Source of the DNA: Octopus sinensis
Lineage: Eukaryota
Assembly (NCBI RefSeq): GCF_006345805.1
Contig: NC_042998.1
Span: 54,498,001 to 54,562,000, forward strand
Length of the DNA: 64,000 bases
Reading direction: 5' to 3'
The notes below the pieces were generated by a model, which did not search any database, was not told the DNA's origin, and worked only from the letters and a program-made list of their open reading frames with translations. Below, in pieces: positions 61,290-64,000 of this stretch. Made by a program: the position numbers and the translations under genes. Positions within the stretch are counted from its first letter, which is position 1. Each line of letters starts with the position of its first letter.

Positions 61290-63719
61290 CCCACTAAGCA
61301 TGCTTGGTGAGGAGGGTGGATTTTCAACCCCCTGCATGATTAAAAACAAAACCTAGCAAAAGGAAGAGGAACTCAGAAAAGTCAATGGCAATTCCGAAAA
61401 CAGGTAGACAGAACTCGTGAGCCTTGATTGGCAGTCTGTCTGTCTAGGAGAAGGAACACTCTGATTTAAAACTGGGGTAGATAGGACTCCTTAATCACAG
61501 TGATGACAACCTGTCAGTGTCCAATGGCTCCATGCCTGGGATGAAGGAAAATGAACCAGGAATCGGGACTTAACTCCAGAGCAATATTTGGATAAAGATA
61601 TGGGACCAACTGATGTTCATTTATCTTCTGGTGAGAATCATGATCATGGTCCCCAACACACAGAAATGTAAAGGGAACAGGCACAACTTATGGGTAGTAA
61701 GAGCTCTGCAATCTTGGTTGACAATCTTACTATAGATGGTGTCTCGATAAAAATACCAGTTGGTGGCTAACCTTAAAACGTAAACCTCAAAGTTGAGTGA
61801 AAATGTCTAATACAAATGTATCAGATAATGGTGTTAATGAGGCTGGAACCAAAGGTGAAAGCCTTTCACCTGGCAAGTACCCTGTGGTTGAGCAGCACAG
61901 GCTCAGTCATCATCCAGAGACTGCTTATACATAAAGTTAGAGGCAGAGAAGGTAAGATAAGGAGGCAAACCAAATGGTAATTGAATGCTGGATCAGGAGT
62001 GAACCCAGTAGAAGGGGACTCTGACAATGCATGAAAGCAAAATGGAATGAAATGGGACTCTTCAAAATAAGTGAGTAACATTTAGCTGACCAGGCAAGAG
62101 CAGTAAGAGCAAAAGGGTGGTTAACAGACATGAAAATAGAAGAGATAAAAAGGAAAGTAGAAAATAGAAATAATACTTCGCCAACAAATAATGTACCCAG
62201 TGAGGACAGAGAAATGAATGGTGGGAATGAAGATGTAGAGCAAAGTGTAAATGTAAATGCTTTCTAAGCAAATGAAGCAGAAGTAATGGGAAGAGTTATA
62301 TCACAAGAATACAATGATGACCAACATGACATAGTGAAGATGCTGTGCCAATATATTAGAGAAGACCATGATCAAGCATCCACCAATTGATCAACACAAG
62401 CTCAAAGTTGAAACTGAAAGTATAGATTCGGTCCTTGAGCTATTCTAGATGTGAATTATAACTGAAACTAACAAGATTATTTGGGCTGCAGCATGGCATA
62501 GGTTGCTGCAGATAGAGTTGGATATAAAAGAAGAGAACAAACAGAATGTAAAGAATCATACTGGTGTAGATTTATGAGAAACAAAGTTAAAAAGACATTT
62601 AGGACAAGCCGATTGATTGAGTAGAGGGGAAACATAGAAAGAAAGCATAAGACTAATGCTGGAAAGAACATATAGAATAAGAGATGAAGGGTATGATGTG
62701 ATATTGGAAGAATTGAAACAGAGTAGTAGCAATCAAAGAAGAAACTGGAAAGATATGACAATAGAAGAAAATAATTCAGGCAAGACAGATTGCTTGAAGT
62801 AAATCAGAAGAAAATGTTTCAGGAACTAGATGGGCAATTACATGCAACAGTGATACCAGATGCAGAGGAAAGCAGGGCATTCTGGAGAGGGATCTGGGAC
62901 CAACCTGTAGAGCATAATGATAAAGTGGAGTGGCAGCATGAAATTCAAGATAAGTTAAGAAATATAGAAGGCTAAGAAGACATAAAAATAACTACAGAAA
63001 TGATAAAAAAGCAGTTAAAAAAATTCCCAAATTGAAAGAGCCCAGAACTGGATGAGGTCCAAGGTTATTGGATGAAGAAGCTGAGCGGGCGTCATAAAAG
63101 CATAGCAAAACAGCTAAATGAGTGCTTGCAAGAAGGCTTAGTACCCAGCTGGATGACAAAGGGGAAGACAATGTTATGTGCCAAGGATCTTGAAAAGGGA
63201 AATGTGGCATCCAACTTTTGACCAATAACATGTCTTCTGCTAATGTGGAAACTAATGTCAGGTGCTTTGGCTGGAGAACTGTATAGATTCTTAGAAAAAA
63301 GTGTGCTGCTACCTCCTGAAGAGAAAGGGTGCCAAAAGAGGAGCCAGGGAACGAAATACCAGCTCTTAATCGATAATCTAATTATCAGAAACTACAGAAG
63401 ACGCACAAATCTGAGCATGGCATAGGCTGACTATTGAAAAGCATATGATATGATACTTTACTTCTGGATAATAAGAACAATGGAAACGTATGGAGTAGCA
63501 GAAAACATGAGAAGTCTTACATGGAACAGTATGAAATGGTGGAGAATGGAACTGATAGCAGGGAATCAAGTATTAGGAGAGGTGAAAATCAAGAGAGGAA
63601 TCTTCCAAGGGGACAGTGTGTCCCCACTGATCTTGGTGCTGGGAACGATCCCCTTTAGTGGAATACTACAGAAAACAAAGTTGGGGTATGACCTGGGAAG
63701 AGGAAAGGGAAAACTGAAA
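61290..63719 (+). mobile_element. R4/Dong-like non-LTR retrotransposon, 5' portion through mid-RT, decayed
   Basis: ATG at about 61803; MVIECWIRSEP...LADQARAVRAKGWLT; QDRLLEVNQKKMFQEL...PDAEESRAFWRGIW; KSPELDEVQGYWMK; NF*PITCLLLMWKL; KGCQKRSQGTKYQLLID; KAYDMI; RGIFQGDSVSPL. Many stops; the 5' boundary is approximate. Confidence 0.85.
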
Positions 63720-64000
63720 GAGAGCACAAACTTCCACCAAAGTAACACCAATGTCCTCTCAACGATTAGCCGGAGATGATTTTTAATATTAGAATACTTC
63801 AAATAAACTTGACTGCTCTCACAAACAAGAATACTAAAAATGAACATGACTGCTCTCAAAAATTAAGTACAAAAACAGGAAAAATAATCCAGAATTCTTG
63901 CTCGGTACCAGATTGATCCCAAAATCTAATCAGCTCATGCCAGTCACGAGACCAAACATCCCTGCAAGTTTCATCTGAATGCATCCAGCGATTCTTGAAA
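63720..64000 (+). mobile_element. Dispersed repeat (possibly Helentron/HINE-like) truncating the R4 element; a shorter copy at about 60500-60660
   Basis: Shared ATGTCCTCTCAA.GATTAGCC.GAGAT.ATTTTTAA.AT.AGAATA...AAATAAACT.GACTGCTCTCACAAA sequence; class assignment is tentative. Confidence 0.5.

Overview
AT-rich, microsatellite-dense eukaryotic DNA whose SINE, MITE and LINE content points to an octopus (coleoid cephalopod) genome; this is an inference from repeat families. Most of the window is intron of one minus-strand multi-exon gene. Small exons with canonical splice sites at about 40.5, 37.7, 36.8, 30.7, 30.06 and 18.4 kb join in frame into a coiled-coil-like protein I do not recognise. A frame-compatible exon pair at 8.46 and 7.71 kb probably belongs to the same gene, but no linking exon was found. 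The introns hold CR1/L2-group, RTE and R4/Dong-like LINE remnants, a deleted piggyBac with related TTAA MITEs, Tc1 and mariner relics, a Helitron end, tRNA-derived SINEs and a 1.6-kb near-identical tandem duplication. The most notable signal is a set of type I hammerhead ribozyme (HHR) motifs, absent from the ORF track: 7 clear, 1 weaker and 1 variant. Five lie within about 2.1 kb (25.97-28.05 kb). They occur as a 536-bp head-to-tail tandem (retrozyme-like or circRNA-like), as long palindromes carrying an HHR on each strand, and as single copies. All sit in elements bounded by (TA)n tracts and most have self-complementary stem III sequences typical of Penelope-like element HHRs. Almost all ORF-track entries are microsatellite or repeat artefacts. 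All structure calls were made by eye and were not computed.
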